A DNA stretch of 63,514 bases, counting the filler, from Intoshia linei (lineage: Eukaryota > Animalia > Orthonectida), in assembly GCA_001642005.1 (NCBI GenBank). It is 8 parts of 8 records of this genome, joined end to end, with 100 filler letters (N's around TTAATTAATTAA, not from the genome) between each part and the next. Parts side by side here need not be neighbours in the genome. Positions count along the whole stretch, not along the records: positions 18,420 to 34,971 come from LWCA01000856.1; positions 35,072 to 56,665 come from LWCA01000635.1; 6 more parts are not named here. One strand, written 5' to 3'. Numbering within the stretch: the first letter of the stretch is position 1; the number at the start of each line of letters is the position of its first letter. The notes under the pieces were generated by a model. The model ran no database searches, was not told the DNA's origin, and saw nothing but the letters and a program-made list of their open reading frames with translations. Of this stretch, positions 23,501 through 37,141 are shown piece after piece. The translations under genes were made by a program, and so were the position numbers.

Positions 23501-26500
23501 TTATTATTGTAATATAGAAACCTTAACATTTTATTCTATAACTTACCATTAATTTTCAATAAAAATTAAAAATTAAAAATTTAAATTCGATTATTTTCAA
23601 TGTATTACATGAAAAAATGAAACTGTACGAACATAAAAATATACAATTATGACATGTATAATCTAGACGAAACTAGATTATTTTACAAGATGATACTTTC
23701 TAAGACTATTTGCAATAAAATGAGAGCTGGCTATAAAAATTTTAAAGATAGCCTCAATAATGTTTTGCTCAAATTTTGATGGTTCTCATGAACTCAAACC
23801 GATTCTTATAGGTAGATCATTTAAACCTAGATGTTTCAAAGAATTTAACCATCAAAATTATATACAATATTTTACATCAAAAAGAGCATGGATGACTAGT
23901 CATACACATATACATGTATGTATATTTAATCGTTTTCTTAAATTTAATACCGACTGCATATAAAATTGTGCAAACATTTTACTCTTAATGGACAACGGCC
24001 CAGCTTACAAAATAACAGTAACCTTTTCAAACATTGAATTAATGTTTTTCCCTCCCAATTCCACAGGAATATTGTAAACAATGGATAACGTACGTACGTA
24101 GAATGGACTATGTACAAACAGAACCTAGCTCTGTCGAGAGCACATTGTTATTAATAATAACAATGTAATAATAATTTAAGTATAATAACATAACTTATTA
24201 TAATTATATAATAAATTCACGTCGAAAATCTAACTTAAAAATCCTACTATTCACTATTATCAATCCTTTAAAAAAGTGGTTCCCAAATCTGTTTGAGGTG
24301 GAACCATGATATCACATTAATTTTTACTTTAAAGTGAATTATTCCATCTTAATTTTATGTTTTTTAACATTTGCGTAAACAATTTTAAAAACAATTGTTA
24401 TCGCATTTTTTTAATTTATTAGACAGAATGTGTGTATCATATTAAAAATAAAGTAAAAACAGTGCAATCCTAAAAATTGTCATAAATAGCATAAATTCCA
24501 GAAAAAATAAAATTGTAAAAATCCTAAAAATTGTCATAAATAGCATAAATTCCAGAAAAAATAAAATTATAAAACTATTTTGTCATTTTCAATGTGATGA
24601 TATATATTCAGTACCAATTTATTAAATACTTAAAAATACTAATTATGTATCTATAATTAACCAAATCTTCACTTTATAAACATATTTTAGCAGAATTTTA
24701 CCAAATTTGCAAAGGATTGTAATAAATATAAAAATGATATTAATAAAATTGTTTTAGTTTTGTTGTTTAGTTTCTATTTAAATTTTATTCAAAATGTTTT
24801 GAAAATAAGAATTTGAAATTTAAAAATTGCGTACCAATGAAAAAAATTCCGAAAGAATAAATTATATAAATTTTCACCCATATTTCTTTATTGGAAATGT
24901 GTAGACGTTCAACGCACATTTTTTGAAATTGTAAGATCAATATTTACATTTTCAATTTTTATTTTAATGAAAATATTTGAAAAATATTGGTTGAAAATAT
25001 ATTAAAAATTATTTTTCACCGGGAATGCGTAGATTTCTCTGGTTAAACAAAAATATTTACAAAATATAAATATTTTATTCTTTTTGATCAATTATATCAA
25101 AAATTAAAAAAAATTGGTTATTTTTCAAAAATTTTAAGCCTCGTTCCTAAATCACAATAAAATGTATGTTCCGGTACAAACAATAAAAAAATAATATAAA
25201 TGCGGTTATATAAAATGGTTTTTAAAAAATTATTTTTAAATTAAATTTAAACATTATAATTATATTTTTATTTAAATAGAATTCGACTATAAATTTATTT
25301 TTTTAATTATCAATATCATTTAGTTTACCAAATTTTTCTGTTTCATATTTTTATATTAAATTTTAATCGTGTTTCGAACAAAATTTTTCGTTTCGTTCGT
25401 ACATATCACCTCAACACGATGCGATCCAGAACTCTAGTTTGTACTGTGGATCCGCTATGCTTCGGTCAAAATCTGGGTTTCAGATAAAAATAAAATAAAC
25501 AGTTCCTGGTGTTAAATGAGCAAATTTCTCATTCATTTAAACCAGAGTGGTTCCCAAAGTGGGTGATATCGCCCCCCAGGGGGCGATTATAAAAACACTG
25601 TATACCCAAAAAACGATTTTAGATGAATAGAGTGGAGCGTTCATGAATTTTTTGGTTGTACGAAGATATTTTTATAGAAAGTTTGGGATCCACTAATATG
25701 TAAAGTGACAGTAATAAATATATTTTTTTTAATTAACACAATTTTTTAATTATTAAATATTGAATAATGAATAAATTTTTAAATATATATACGACGTAGT
25801 CGAAAAATTTTTTAGGGGGCGTTAAGAAAATATATTGCTAAAAAGAATGGCGGTAGGCAAAATGAGTTTGGGAACCCCTGATTTATACGGTAATAATTAA
25901 ATGTAAAGCCAAAAGTACTTATGTGCGTACTTACAGTCGCTATAAGGGTTTACAGCGATGACGAATAAAAATTTTCCGTTTAAAATTTATTCCAAATAAA
26001 CTAAAAGTGATAGTACGTATTTTTCTGGCCACTTTAGTTAAACAAAAATATGATTATTTATTTAAACACGTACTACTCATCAAAAACTGATAAAATTTCA
26101 AAATCGTGCGTTGAAGCCTTAAAAATTTATGAAATAAATCATAAAAAAAATTTTAAGGGCTTTTTATATGACCAGTTCCGAGAGTTATGTGTAAAAAAAT
26201 TTTTTTTGATAGGTCGAAAATTGTATACCTACCCATTTAATTTTAGTTAATATTTGTGATTAAAATCGTTTAGTATAATTTTGGTTTATAATGCAAAATT
26301 CATTCATTTTTCAAGCTGAAATGTAACTTAAATTAATTTTGGCTTATAAATACACTAATGCAGTGATTTCCAACCAGTGCGTCGTGACACTTTTGTGTGT
26401 CGCCAAACTTAAAATTTTATTTAATTTTTTTTTAAATTCCATTAGCAGACATACAATTGGAAGACGTAAAAATACAAATCAAAAATATTTTTAGTGATGA

Positions 26501-29081
26501 TTATAAATTTTACATAGCTTATTTTCAGATTATTATTAGAAAAAAATTCGTTCAACTATATTTATTAATCAATCGTTTATTTTTTTGATTGGTGTTGGGT
26601 AATTTTTTGAGATTGAAATATGTGTCGCCAACCAAAAATGGTTGGAAAGCACTGCACCAATGAGTGACATCGTTTTGTTAGTATAATGCCGTTTCTATAT
26701 TTATCTCAATTGGTAGGTATAAAACTTCACGACACCCCCCAACAACTGGTTTGGTACCCACGGGGGTGCCGGAACCCATGTTTTAGATAAAAAGATATTT
26801 AGAATACTATAATTTACCACATACATCTTAACAAATTTACCTCATCAAACACAATGACAGTGCATAAAGAATCTTTATCGTTCAGATAACTGTCATAATC
26901 ATCTTCATACTGACTAGGATTATCAATCATTTGTACATTTTTTGAAATGTAATCCAATTCGCAGAATACACGGGATGTGTAATCTGGATGATATTTAAAA
27001 TGAGGCAGGGTTAACTTTGATATGATTTCTCCGTTAGATTTATCCATTAAAGCTACCTAATATAAATTTAAAATAATTACAATATAAATGTATGATTCAA
27101 GCAAAATCAGGTTTCTGAATTATGACTGTTATAATATTCTAGAGTGATTGAGCTTAACATAAATAGGATCGCGGATGGGCTATTCATCATATAACGGGTA
27201 AAAATGATACCATTACAAAAAATCTCTAAACCAGACCAATTATAAAATATCAAGGAATAATAACCTTTTTTACATAATATACAAATTATTTAAAAATGAA
27301 ATATCTTGGAACAATTGAATTAGTCACCCTTATCCTATATTGAGTTTTGCATTGTACCATAAAGATAAATGTTGCTACACCAAAAAATAAAACCTGTCCG
27401 TTTGACATGAGCAACAAAATGTACAATCCATCAGAATAAACCGGAGAAGCATTTTTAACATTAAATTTGACAAAATAATTGACAAGAGGTTTAACTCCAA
27501 CAAGAACAGCTTGTAAAATGACATTAAATTTGATTTTTATAAAATCAAACAATTGTAAATGATCGCCAATAGATTCTTCCAAATGTACAATCTTAGAATT
27601 GATAATTTTCGTCATATATTCATTCCTCGTCCATTCGGGGTCAATATTATTTTGCAAATAATAACTAACCACAAAATCTGACGATATAATTAAACGATCA
27701 TTTTGATTAAAAAACATTAACTGATTTTCATTGTGTCTGACAATATTGATATCATTGGATTGAATGGTGTAAGAAAAAGAAAAACCATTAGACCCATCAT
27801 AATCAAATACTTGCACATAATTGTTTCCAGCAAAATGAATTTTTGGATTTTTATATTTATGCTTCAATTTTTTTAAAGAAACTGCAAATTTCTTTGTAGG
27901 TGAATCAAAAAGTATAATTTCAATAGAATCCTGATCAAAACATGCAATTTGATCAAAATCAATATTACAATCAAACGACGGTAAAGGAACAGAAAACGTT
28001 TCTCCATTTGATTTTTCATTCACTACGACAAGACTAGCGTGTTCATCATGTGATATGCCAAATATTCCAAATTTTGACACATAAATTTTAGATAATGGAG
28101 GTGACCTTGTAATTAAATTAAATTTTAGGTTTTTGTAATTTAAGCTAAACAATGAATCTTTTGAATAAATTACAAAATTTAAAGAATCCATATAAGAAAT
28201 TTGACAATTTTCATCTTTAAGTAAATTAGACAAATTTTTTTCGGTTGTCGCTTTCCCAGCCATTGTAAAACATTTAATTTTTTCACATTTTAAATTAACA
28301 CAAATATTTTTAATGTCATTTAAAATGAATAAATTTTTTGGGTTTGAATCCAGCAAGAATCTCCAGACTAAAGGAACATTTTAAATTAATTCAAATTGTA
28401 AAATAGGGTTCAGTGCAAGTCCTTTATTTAATTATTTGGGTACCAAGGGCTTTTAAAATAAATCCTGTAAAGAGCTAATAAGCATTTCTAATCTAAAAAA
28501 ATTTGTTTTGATGGAATCGCTTTATTTTTTGCGTTCATAAATAATCTTTTATTAGTTTTAAAAAATCGATGGCGAAATGAAAGCAGAAAATGGAAAGCTC
28601 ACAATTAAAAATATATGTGGTTGTATCAAAACAAACAATTAGCTTCAGTAATTCTCAAAAAAGTTTTTATCAATATGAGCTAAACTGATTTTAAATGTTA
28701 AATCCTTTTCAAAGAGATATCGTAACAGTATTTTACTGACAAAGAAAGTAAGCAAAAAAATGGGAAATTAAATTTTCATCTTTGGTTTAGTGACAACGTT
28801 GGATTCAATTTACAAAATAGAACTATTAACTATTAAGGTATAATTTACTTATATCTCCATTTTCTAAATTGATTCTAGCCAAATAGTTTGATTTGGTAGT
28901 CAATATCAAATCATTTTGGAAAAATCTCACTTCTTTTGGCATTCCTAAATTTTCCATTTTCCTACATTGTCGATTGATCGTAATTATAAATATTTAATTA
29001 CCATTCCGCGAAATGAACTGCACCAATAATATTCCAGGTTAAATAAACGCACAAATTTACAAACAAATGTGTACGATTCAT
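20527..29081 (-). CDS. EMC1: ER membrane protein complex subunit 1 (multi-exon, apparently complete)
   Basis: Signal-peptide-like exon 1 from ATG 29081; LILTTKSNYLARINLENGDI-WR; RSIINYDRSLTMKYVNQNL; VVDAVSGKII; ITKTRMGLTSK; C-terminus PSQLFDALGEDFNY-TM-AKLLKNSWN, matching EMC1 PSKQFDVLKDDYDY...KLLNRAW. Confidence 0.92.
23660..24085 (+). mobile_element. pogo/Tigger DDE_1 transposase remnant in an EMC1 intron
   Basis: NLDETRLF; MFCSNFDGSHELKPILIGRSFKPRCFK...KRAWMT; ILLLMDNGPAY; FFPPNSTGIL. Frameshifted. Confidence 0.85.
24095..25060 (+). repeat. Dispersed non-coding repeat family; further copies at ~30025-30710 (+), ~60075-60500 (-) and ~2960-3060 (-)
   Basis: Hundreds of bp of near-identical sequence (e.g. 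GTACAAACAG(A/G)ACCTAGCTCTG..., CTTTATTGGAAATGTGTAGACGT). This copy has an internal ~53-bp tandem duplication at ~24467-24572. Confidence 0.8.
25543..25880. mobile_element. hAT (Buster/Charlie-type) MITE; related copy at ~1270-1790
   Basis: TIRs CAG(AG)TGGTTCCCAAA / TTTGGGAACCCCTG; 8-bp TSD ATTTAAAC/ATTTATAC. Confidence 0.75.
26361..26654. mobile_element. hAT MITE (294 bp)
   Basis: TIRs CAGTGATTTCCAACCA / TGGTTGGAAAGCACTG; TSD CACTAATG/CACCAATG. Confidence 0.85.
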
Positions 29082-29185
29082 TACAGATGCTTTATAAATT
29101 TAACAAAGTTGAAATTTGTAATAAAGTTAAAATCAAATATTTTAAGCCTTATTTGAACAATCGATATTTTGGTTTTTTTTAATGT

Positions 29186-31641
29186 TTAATGAAATAATAC
29201 ATTAAATATATTTGATTCACCGTAAATTGTTTGATTGAGAGATTCCAGTTTAATTAATGGATATTCATCAGAATCTAAAAAAAACATTATCAAATTTATA
29301 AGGGTTGTATAATATACATTGTATATTATACAAGTGTATACAGAGCCGAATATTCAGTTCCCACGCTCTCTTTGGGCATTGATCAATTTTGGTATAATGA
29401 GACATATTTTTTTAAATACAATAAATGCTTAGGTCAAATCTAAATTGACAGGTCCAGAGATTTCTAGGGTGTATAGCACTACGAATAGTTTGAAAAAAAT
29501 ATTAGGGTCAATTTTCCATTTTTGGCTGGGAGAAGAGAAGATCGAATCTGGAAAATTCGGTTTAACTGATTGTAAATTTATATTAAACAGACAATAATCA
29601 AACTAATTTGATAAATTACCATTTTTGAAAATAATCTTCAAATTTGCATCACTTTTTTTTAATTTTGGTATAAAATTTTTAATATCGAAATTAAAATTAT
29701 TTTTATTTACAGAAGAGTGAATGTAAACTGAAAAATTAATATCATTGTCAAAATGATGTATTTTTTTTAAAAACGCCAATATTATCTCGTTGGTCCAAGT
29801 TGAAGACAGGTATAACACACATTTGGATACAATCTAAATAATTTAGTTATTTAGGATAATAAATTTTATGTATCCATATTTCCTAACTACTTTAGAATTG
29901 TTTTAATTAATTCTAATGTATCCACGAAATTTTATCATATTTTTACTTTACTGTATAATATACAGTATATGTATATGTACAGTACATGTACAGTGTATAT
30001 ATAAGTTGACTAGGTTAACTGTTATGTACTATGTACAAACAGGACCTAGCTCTGCCAAGGGAACATTTTTATTATACTTAAAAAATAAATTCACGTTAAA
30101 AATCTAATTTAAAAATCCTACTATTCACTATTATCAATCCTTTAAAGGAGTGGTTCTCAAATTTGTGTCAGATAGATCCATCATATCACATTACTTTTAA
30201 CTTTCAAGTGAATTATTCCATTTTAATTTTTTGTTAGTTAACATTTAAAAATAAAGTAAAAACAGTCCAATTGTCCTAAAAATTGTCATAAATAGCATAA
30301 ATTCCAGAAAAAATAAAATTATACAAACCTTTTGTCATTTTCAATGTGATAATATATATTCAGAACCAATTTAATAAATACTTAAAAATACCAATTATGT
30401 ATCAATAATTAACCGAATTTTCACTTTATAAACATATTTTAGTCGAATTTTACCAAATTTCCAAAGCATTGTAATAACTATCAAAATGATATTAACAAAA
30501 TTGTTTTAGTTTCGTTGTTTAGTTTCTATTTATATTTTATTCAAAATGTTTTGAAAATAAAAATTTGAAATTTAAAAATTGCGTAGCAATGAAAAAAATT
30601 CCGAAAGAATAAATTATATAGATTTTCACCCATGTCTTTATTGGAAATGTGTAGACGTACAATGCACATTTTCAATTTTTGATTTAATGGAAATATTTGA
30701 AAAATATTGGTTGATTCTTGGTTGTATATTGGTTGAAATTCTAAGACGGGTAATTATTAAAATAAAGCGGAACACACACACATACACACACAAAAATAAT
30801 CGCGTAGCATATTATAAAAGTTAAAATAATATGGGAATTTTAGAAAAATATATTTATAAATTTTTGGATATTACATTTTCCTTGTATAAATTTAATTTCT
30901 TTTTCAACAAGATGGTAAGCATTTCGTCCTGTTTCTTTATCAAGTTATGCATTCGACTCTAAAAAATGATAAAAATTTTAAAAAATACTATTTTTACATA
31001 TTCAAATCGAAAGATAAGTATTGACTTTTTAATGCAACACAAAAAATAATACTTTTTCAATGATAAATAAAAAATGGAGGTTTTAATTATAATTAGAAAT
31101 TAAAGATTTCGGGTTTAGTATTTTAACTGCGCAGTTTTAAGTCCAGCTTATACCATCAAATTTATATTTCAATTTTAAATCATGATGAAATTTGAATATC
31201 ATTACATTTTCGTTGTTTGAGCAGTTTATAAATATATAAGAAATATGTAATGTCCCCTCAAACAAAGAGCTATATATTGTTATAAGCCAGTGATTTTCAA
31301 CCGGGGAGTCGCGAAATTTATCAGGGGGGTCGTAAGAATTTGAACACAGTATATAAAATAAAACTGAATATGCTTTTTTAATATTTTCATTAATGTGAAT
31401 TCATGAGATGTTTAGAGTATATCGAAAATTTTTGGGTCGCGAAAATTTTTTATGATTATAAGGGGGGTCGCGAACACAAAAAGGTTGAAAACCACTGTTA
31501 TAGGCTGTTGTTACAAGTAGTGATATATATAAATACCTCTAAATCGGTTGCATATCGTTTGGTAATTGGTTTTACGTGATACATTATACCTGTATGGCGA
31601 AATTGTGTTACACAATTGTATAATTTTGGACTTTTATACAT
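29186..31641 (-). CDS. AIMP2: AIMP2/p38-like aminoacyl-tRNA synthetase complex scaffold, 4 exons, ~165 aa
   Basis: Phase-consistent exons: MYKSPKLYN...GIMYHVKPI (cf. MYQVKPY...CMYRLPNV) | SRMHNLIKKQDEMLTILL (LESRQDDIL zipper) | ...SVYIHSSV...LKIIFKN (VHTHSSV...TLIWKN) | ...TIYGESNIFNVLFH* (IEGEGNIARFLF). Confidence 0.78.
31288..31497. mobile_element. hAT MITE (210 bp) in AIMP2 intron 1
   Basis: TIRs CAGTGATTTTCAACC / GGTTGAAAACCACTG; TSD TTATAAGC/TTATAGGC. Confidence 0.88.
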
Positions 31642-32528
31642 TTTAAAATCAATCTACAATAATGTTACGATATATAAAATATACTTTATTCTCCTTTATT
31701 GTTACTAATTGAACTTTATTTTACCTGCCGATTCTATAGCGTTTTGGTGAACGATGATTAATAAATAATTTTATTACGATATTATTATTTAGAACTTCTC
31801 ACGCTGAACATTATTTAGATTTTAATTGAAGTAGGCGAAGATGTAAAATTGATAGTACTTATTATATTTGCTCATTTTATATAAAAAAATTACCATATGT
31901 CAATGGTTTGTCGTCTTATCATAAAACAAGACTTATCATAAGTCATGTCGAAAAAAATTTGTTTAATTTCTATAAATTATTTTAAATGAAAAATATCACA
32001 TCACCGAAACAATCTTTTTATAATAATGTTACCAAATTGATACTGGACCTGATAATTATAATTCAACTATCCTATCGATTATACACTAAATATTGATGTA
32101 AACTTGTCAATATATTACATTAAAAAATGAATCCGTTCAATTTAATGCGTAATCTAATTAAAAAAAATCACAACAATGAACTGAAAAAAAAAATTGCAGA
32201 TTGAAAATTGAATGCACTATTTAACAAAAAAACTATCAATTTAAATTTATTTTTATAAAATAAAATGAAGATATTGACCAATAAAATAGAAGTTGTATGT
32301 AATTTCAAGAGCAGTTACCACTAAATCAATATTAAATATAATTGATAATTGTAGTTTTTAATGTATAGTAATATCTAATACATATATGTATATGATTTGA
32401 AATTATTGGGTAATATATAAATTAAAATAGTTTATTAAACTGACGTGGCAACTCAACGTCAATATTTACAAAGTTTTAATTTCTTAAAAAAAGGATTTAC
32501 ATAATAATATATTAATTTATAATCGGAG

Positions 32529-33731
32529 ATGGATAAAGAAAAGTTGCAGTATTTTTTAGAACAAGTTAGTAGACTGAAAATCAATTTGAAAACAAATAAT
32601 TATACCAAAAATACTGCTGCAAGTATTTACAATCTTTTACCAGCGTTTTGTGAGGTAGTTTTACATGTTATATTTGTATTTATTAATATTTAGATTTATA
32701 GTAATTATACTCATGAATTAATAACAACATTTCCTCAAATTTTACTATTTTGCAATTTCTGTCTCAAGTTAATTACAGATGAAATTCAAAAATTTTTACA
32801 TTGTGGTAATTCTAAAAATGGTAATTTAAGTTTATTTTTTATTATTTTATTTTATTTTAATTACAGTTTTTTCCGGGTGTTAGCAAAATAAATGTACTCC
32901 TAAAATAAACCTCCCAAACTCACATCTGACGGGTCAAAAAGCCCAATTGTCTATTTTTTTAAAATATTTATACTTATAAAAATTACAATTATATTTTAAA
33001 ATAGTGTCACTGAATCTAATCTTATTCTTTTCGTGTCAAACAGAAGATTATTACGAAAATAAAAAGATATTTCTCAGAAATGGAGACAAATTATTGGAAT
33101 CAATATGTATATTGTCTAAAGCTGATACAAATATGATTGACGCTATGAGTCGATTCAGACTCGCTACTCAAATGGTCAGATGTCTTAAAATTTTTATCAA
33201 TGTTGATAACACCACTTATATCGATATTCCTTGCGCCGAAAAAACCTATAAATCATTTTCCGATGTAATTTTATCATTTTGAATTTTTTCAATATGTACT
33301 TTTTACTTTTGATTTAATGTTATTTTGGATTATTTTAGATTCTTCGCCGAATTTGTCATCATCAATCTACAGTAAACGAACTACTGCTTAGTTTAGCTAT
33401 GAAATCACTTTTTGATTGTTTTCTTATCAAAAAACAAGATCCCAGATGGAGAGAAATAGCTTTTGATTCAATATTACCTATTTTACAAAATTATATGGAT
33501 TCTAAATTGATCGATTTTATATCAAAAAACAATGTTATTTCTCATTATTTAAATCAAATTGTTACTTTGGCTGAAATTAATGAAAAATCTGAAAATATTT
33601 ACATTGCAGCCGAAAATTTAATTAATTTAATTGTATATATGTTGAATAGTTCCGTTCAAGTAGATTATGCCATCATTACAGAGTTTAATAGTAAATTTGG
33701 ATATGAAATTTTCATTTCATTTATAAAGAGG
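32529..33731 (+). CDS. WDFY3: WDFY3/ALFY (blue cheese) N-terminal exons; remainder absent from this contig
   Basis: IYNLLPAFCE, LITDEIQK, GDKLLESICILS, MVRCLKIF, ILRRIC...NEL, PRWRE and EFNSKFGYEIF are collinear with WDFY3 LYMMLPVFN, MVTEIRR, GWMLLTTINLL, LVKCLYLF, ILVKLC, PWRK and DFRIWQGYNFL. Confidence 0.8.
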
Positions 33732-33961
33732 TAATATATTCACTTATTTAAATGCAGTTCTTTACACCTCGTTATTCTTGTGATTTCGTAAAATGGTGAG
33801 GTACAGAACGGAATGAATAGAAAATAGACATAAAAGGGAATTTTAAAAACTAATTTATTTACTTAAGCATTGGCCCAAACAGATAAAAGATAACCATTTA
33901 CATAATATATATTAGCATTAGTTTTTATCAATGAAATCTGCACAGCTTGGTTTTACACCAT

Positions 33962-34755
33962 CAGTGGCGTAGCGTCATAGTGTGCAAGGTGTTTGCCGAA
34001 CACTCTAGACAATTTAAAATTTAAAAAAATTATATTTAAATAACAATTTTTATAATTTAAGTTCGATATCACATATAGTTCATATTCGATATTCATATAA
34101 AATGTCATTAATAAATTCTGTTAAAATCTATCTTTAAAAAACATCAGTACAAAATTTTAAAATTATACTCAAAGTGTCTTGAAAATTTAGTGAACACAAT
34201 TTCATAGTATCTAATTATAAATTTATGCTAACATTTATAATATGAAAATATTTTCTATAGAGATTTACATTGTCAAATTTTACTCAAGGTGTGTTGAAAA
34301 TAAAATGAACAACTTACACTTAGATATAGTTAAGTCTCAATGTAAACAACAATTGATATAATATTTTTATTTAAAAAAATATTTTAAACATGTGTTTAGG
34401 ATGTATTCGTCGAACTGTGTTGCCAAATTTATCACTAAAGTTTGTACTGTTATTGTTAAGTAGGTTACGTGTTTACACGTTACTGATATATATTTAGACT
34501 TTAATTTAAATACAGTATTCTATTTCTAATTGGTCAAAAATTTTATTTACAAGAATGAAACAAATTAAATTCATATCAAATACAAGTTATCTTTCAAGCA
34601 TAATTTATAGAAGTGGTTTTCAAATTTTCTGTATTCGCGACCCCTTATGATCATTTCTTTATATTTCGGTATTAATTTTAACTTTATTTAAAAATGTTAT
34701 GTTGCCAAGAAACTATTCCCGAACACCTTGTAAGAAAAGTGACGCTACGCCACTG
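33962..34755. mobile_element. Non-autonomous hAT element (794 bp)
   Basis: Perfect 16-bp TIR CAGTGGCGTAGCGTCA and perfect 8-bp TSD TACACCAT (33954-33961, 34756-34763). Confidence 0.92.
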
Positions 34756-35071
34756 TACACCATTGGTTAATAAAATAATTTTTAAAAAATTGATGGCGAT
34801 ATAATACTACCTACAATAAGGTGTTTCACATTTTACAAATATTTTCATTGGTAATAACTAGGTTACAGTTTGTGAAAGTTGTATTGTAATGATTCAATAT
34901 TTGAAAGTATTACTTTAATCAAATGTTTAAATTTAAAATACGTTTACAATTAAGTTATGTTGATTGTGATTNNNNNNNNNNNNNNNNNNNNNNNNNNNNN
35001 NNNNNNNNNNNNNNNTTAATTAATTAANNNNNNNNNNNNNNNNNNNNNNNNNNNNNNNNNNNNNNNNNNNN

Positions 35072-36177
35072 GGCTGGCCACAGGTTTATTTGCACCCAAC
35101 GGAATTTTATTACGAGAATTGACTTCCTTTTTAAAATCTCGTCAGAATGTTTTGGCAAAGGAATGTTTTACCCGCCTCGAAAAAACATTACGAAATGGAC
35201 AACGCAAATATCCGCCTCATACAATTGAAATACAAGCAATACAACGGCGTACCACGCGCATTACTCACAAGGTATACTTTCCAAATTTAACTGATGAACG
35301 TTTCGAAGTTGATTCTGGTTCTCGTGCAATCAATTTATGTCAAGATATATGCCATAAATTGAAATTACAAAATTACAACGGATTTTCTCTGTTTGTAAAA
35401 ATTGCTGATAAAGTCATTAGCGTTCCCAACGATGATTTTTTTTTTGATTTTGTCCGTCATTTAGATGATTGGATTAGAAAATCAAAACCTCTAAATGGTG
35501 CAAATTCAATATTTTATGTTTATCAAGTCTTTTTTATGAAAAAAATTTGGTCACAGACTGTACCGGGTCATGATGTTAATGCCGATTTAATTTTCCATTA
35601 TCACCAAGAATTACCCAAATATCTCAAAGGATATCATGATATAAACCTTGTTCAAGGTGCAAATTTGGGAGCTCATATTTATCGAGCTAAATGTGGTAAT
35701 AGTACCGATACGTCTCAAATTAATAATGTTTTATCTGAAATTATACCCAAAAATTTGCTTAGAGCTCAATCTTTAGAAAAGTGGTTTAAGGACGTTTCAA
35801 AATTGTACTTACAAAACAATAGTCATGGTTGCGAAGACGCTAAACATTGCTTTTTGAGAATATTGTATGATTTACCCACATTTGGATCTTCCTTTTTTGA
35901 AGTCAAACAAACTACGGATCCTTCGATCGATACTAATATTATTATTGCAATTAATAAGAAAGGCGTGTTTTTAATTAATGCTGAAACTAAAAAAATTCAA
36001 ATTAATTATGATTTTAATAAAATTTCAAATTGGTCTAGTGGCAATACTTATTTCCACATGACTATCGGAAATATTATTAAGGGTACCAAACTTCTGTGTG
36101 AAACCAATTTGGGATACAAAATTGATGATCTTTTAACTTCTTATATTAGCGACATGCTTGGAAAAAGTAAAAATTAA
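35072..36177 (+). CDS. MYO7A: Myosin VIIa C-terminal MyTH4-FERM tail (5' cut by the spacer)
   Basis: LATGLF, RNGQRKYPPHTIEIQAIQ, HKVYFP, GFSLFVKIADKVISVP, YQVFFMKKIW, FHYHQELPKYLKGYH, PTFGSSFFEVKQT, ISNWSSGNTYFHMTIGN and LLCETNLGYKIDDLLTSYIS. Confidence 0.95.
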
Positions 36178-36801
36178 TTATTATTTCTAAATTTTATGTG
36201 TAAATTATTTGTTACGAAGTTAATAAATTTTGTGTTTCTATTTTTCAACTTATTATCTAATATTAGTAAATGGTAACTACTAATTAGTAGTTTATATATT
36301 AGTGATTTATAAATCATTTTCGGTGTACCTTATGTTGGTTAAAATCTGAAACTTAGTCTAAAAGTTAAATGGATATCGAATCGATATAGATTTTTTCACA
36401 AGTTTCGAATATATAAATGAAAGTGAATATTCAGGCAGATCTTAATTAAAGCTGTAAATTAATTACAATTATGCAGTACAAATTAAATTTAACTTAAAGT
36501 CTTACAAAATAATGTAATCAATACTGAGAATTCTTGAAGCATCATTTAAATTAATTACAACAATAGTAGTCATCAAATCTTTGATACCTAAAATAAACTT
36601 ACATTTACCTTTATTTCTATAAAATAAAACACCGCTCAATTTAAATTTCGATATGGTCAAGACACTTTATAATTATTTTAAAAAGGATAAAACACTGAAT
36701 AGTTCTATAAGTATATTTTTATATTGCGTAATATGATGTAACGGGTGCCAAACTTATTTCGTTGTAGGCCCCTATTTTCACTAGATTAATCCACTGGACA
36801 C

Positions 36802-37141
36802 AGAAAATATGGTTTTTAATTTTGATATTATTGATTTTATGACCAAATTTTTGTGGGTTTCTTTAAGGGAATATTTTTTCATCCATTTTTAAAGATTTTG
36901 AAGACAATTAAAATGTTAAAAATATTTCCTTGAAAACTTTACAAAATTTTCGACCTAATATTATTTTCAAAATATTTTAAAAATAGATAAAAAAAAACTT
37001 CCATTAAAAACACTATTAAATTTTGAACCCAAAATTATTTTCAAAATCTTTTAAAATTGGATAAAAAAATTTTCCCTTAAAGAAACCCACAAAAATTTGG
37101 TCAAAAAATCAATAATATCAAAATTAAAAACCATATTTTCT
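36802..37141. repeat. Inverted repeat with ~100-bp arms (foldback/MITE-like)
   Basis: 36802-36900 is a near-perfect reverse complement of 37042-37141. Confidence 0.8.

Noticed and set aside
32529-36177. Apparent WDFY3-MYO7A fusion or adjacency
   Set aside because: The two are separated by an artificial spacer, and most of both large genes is missing, so the contigs are not directly adjacent.
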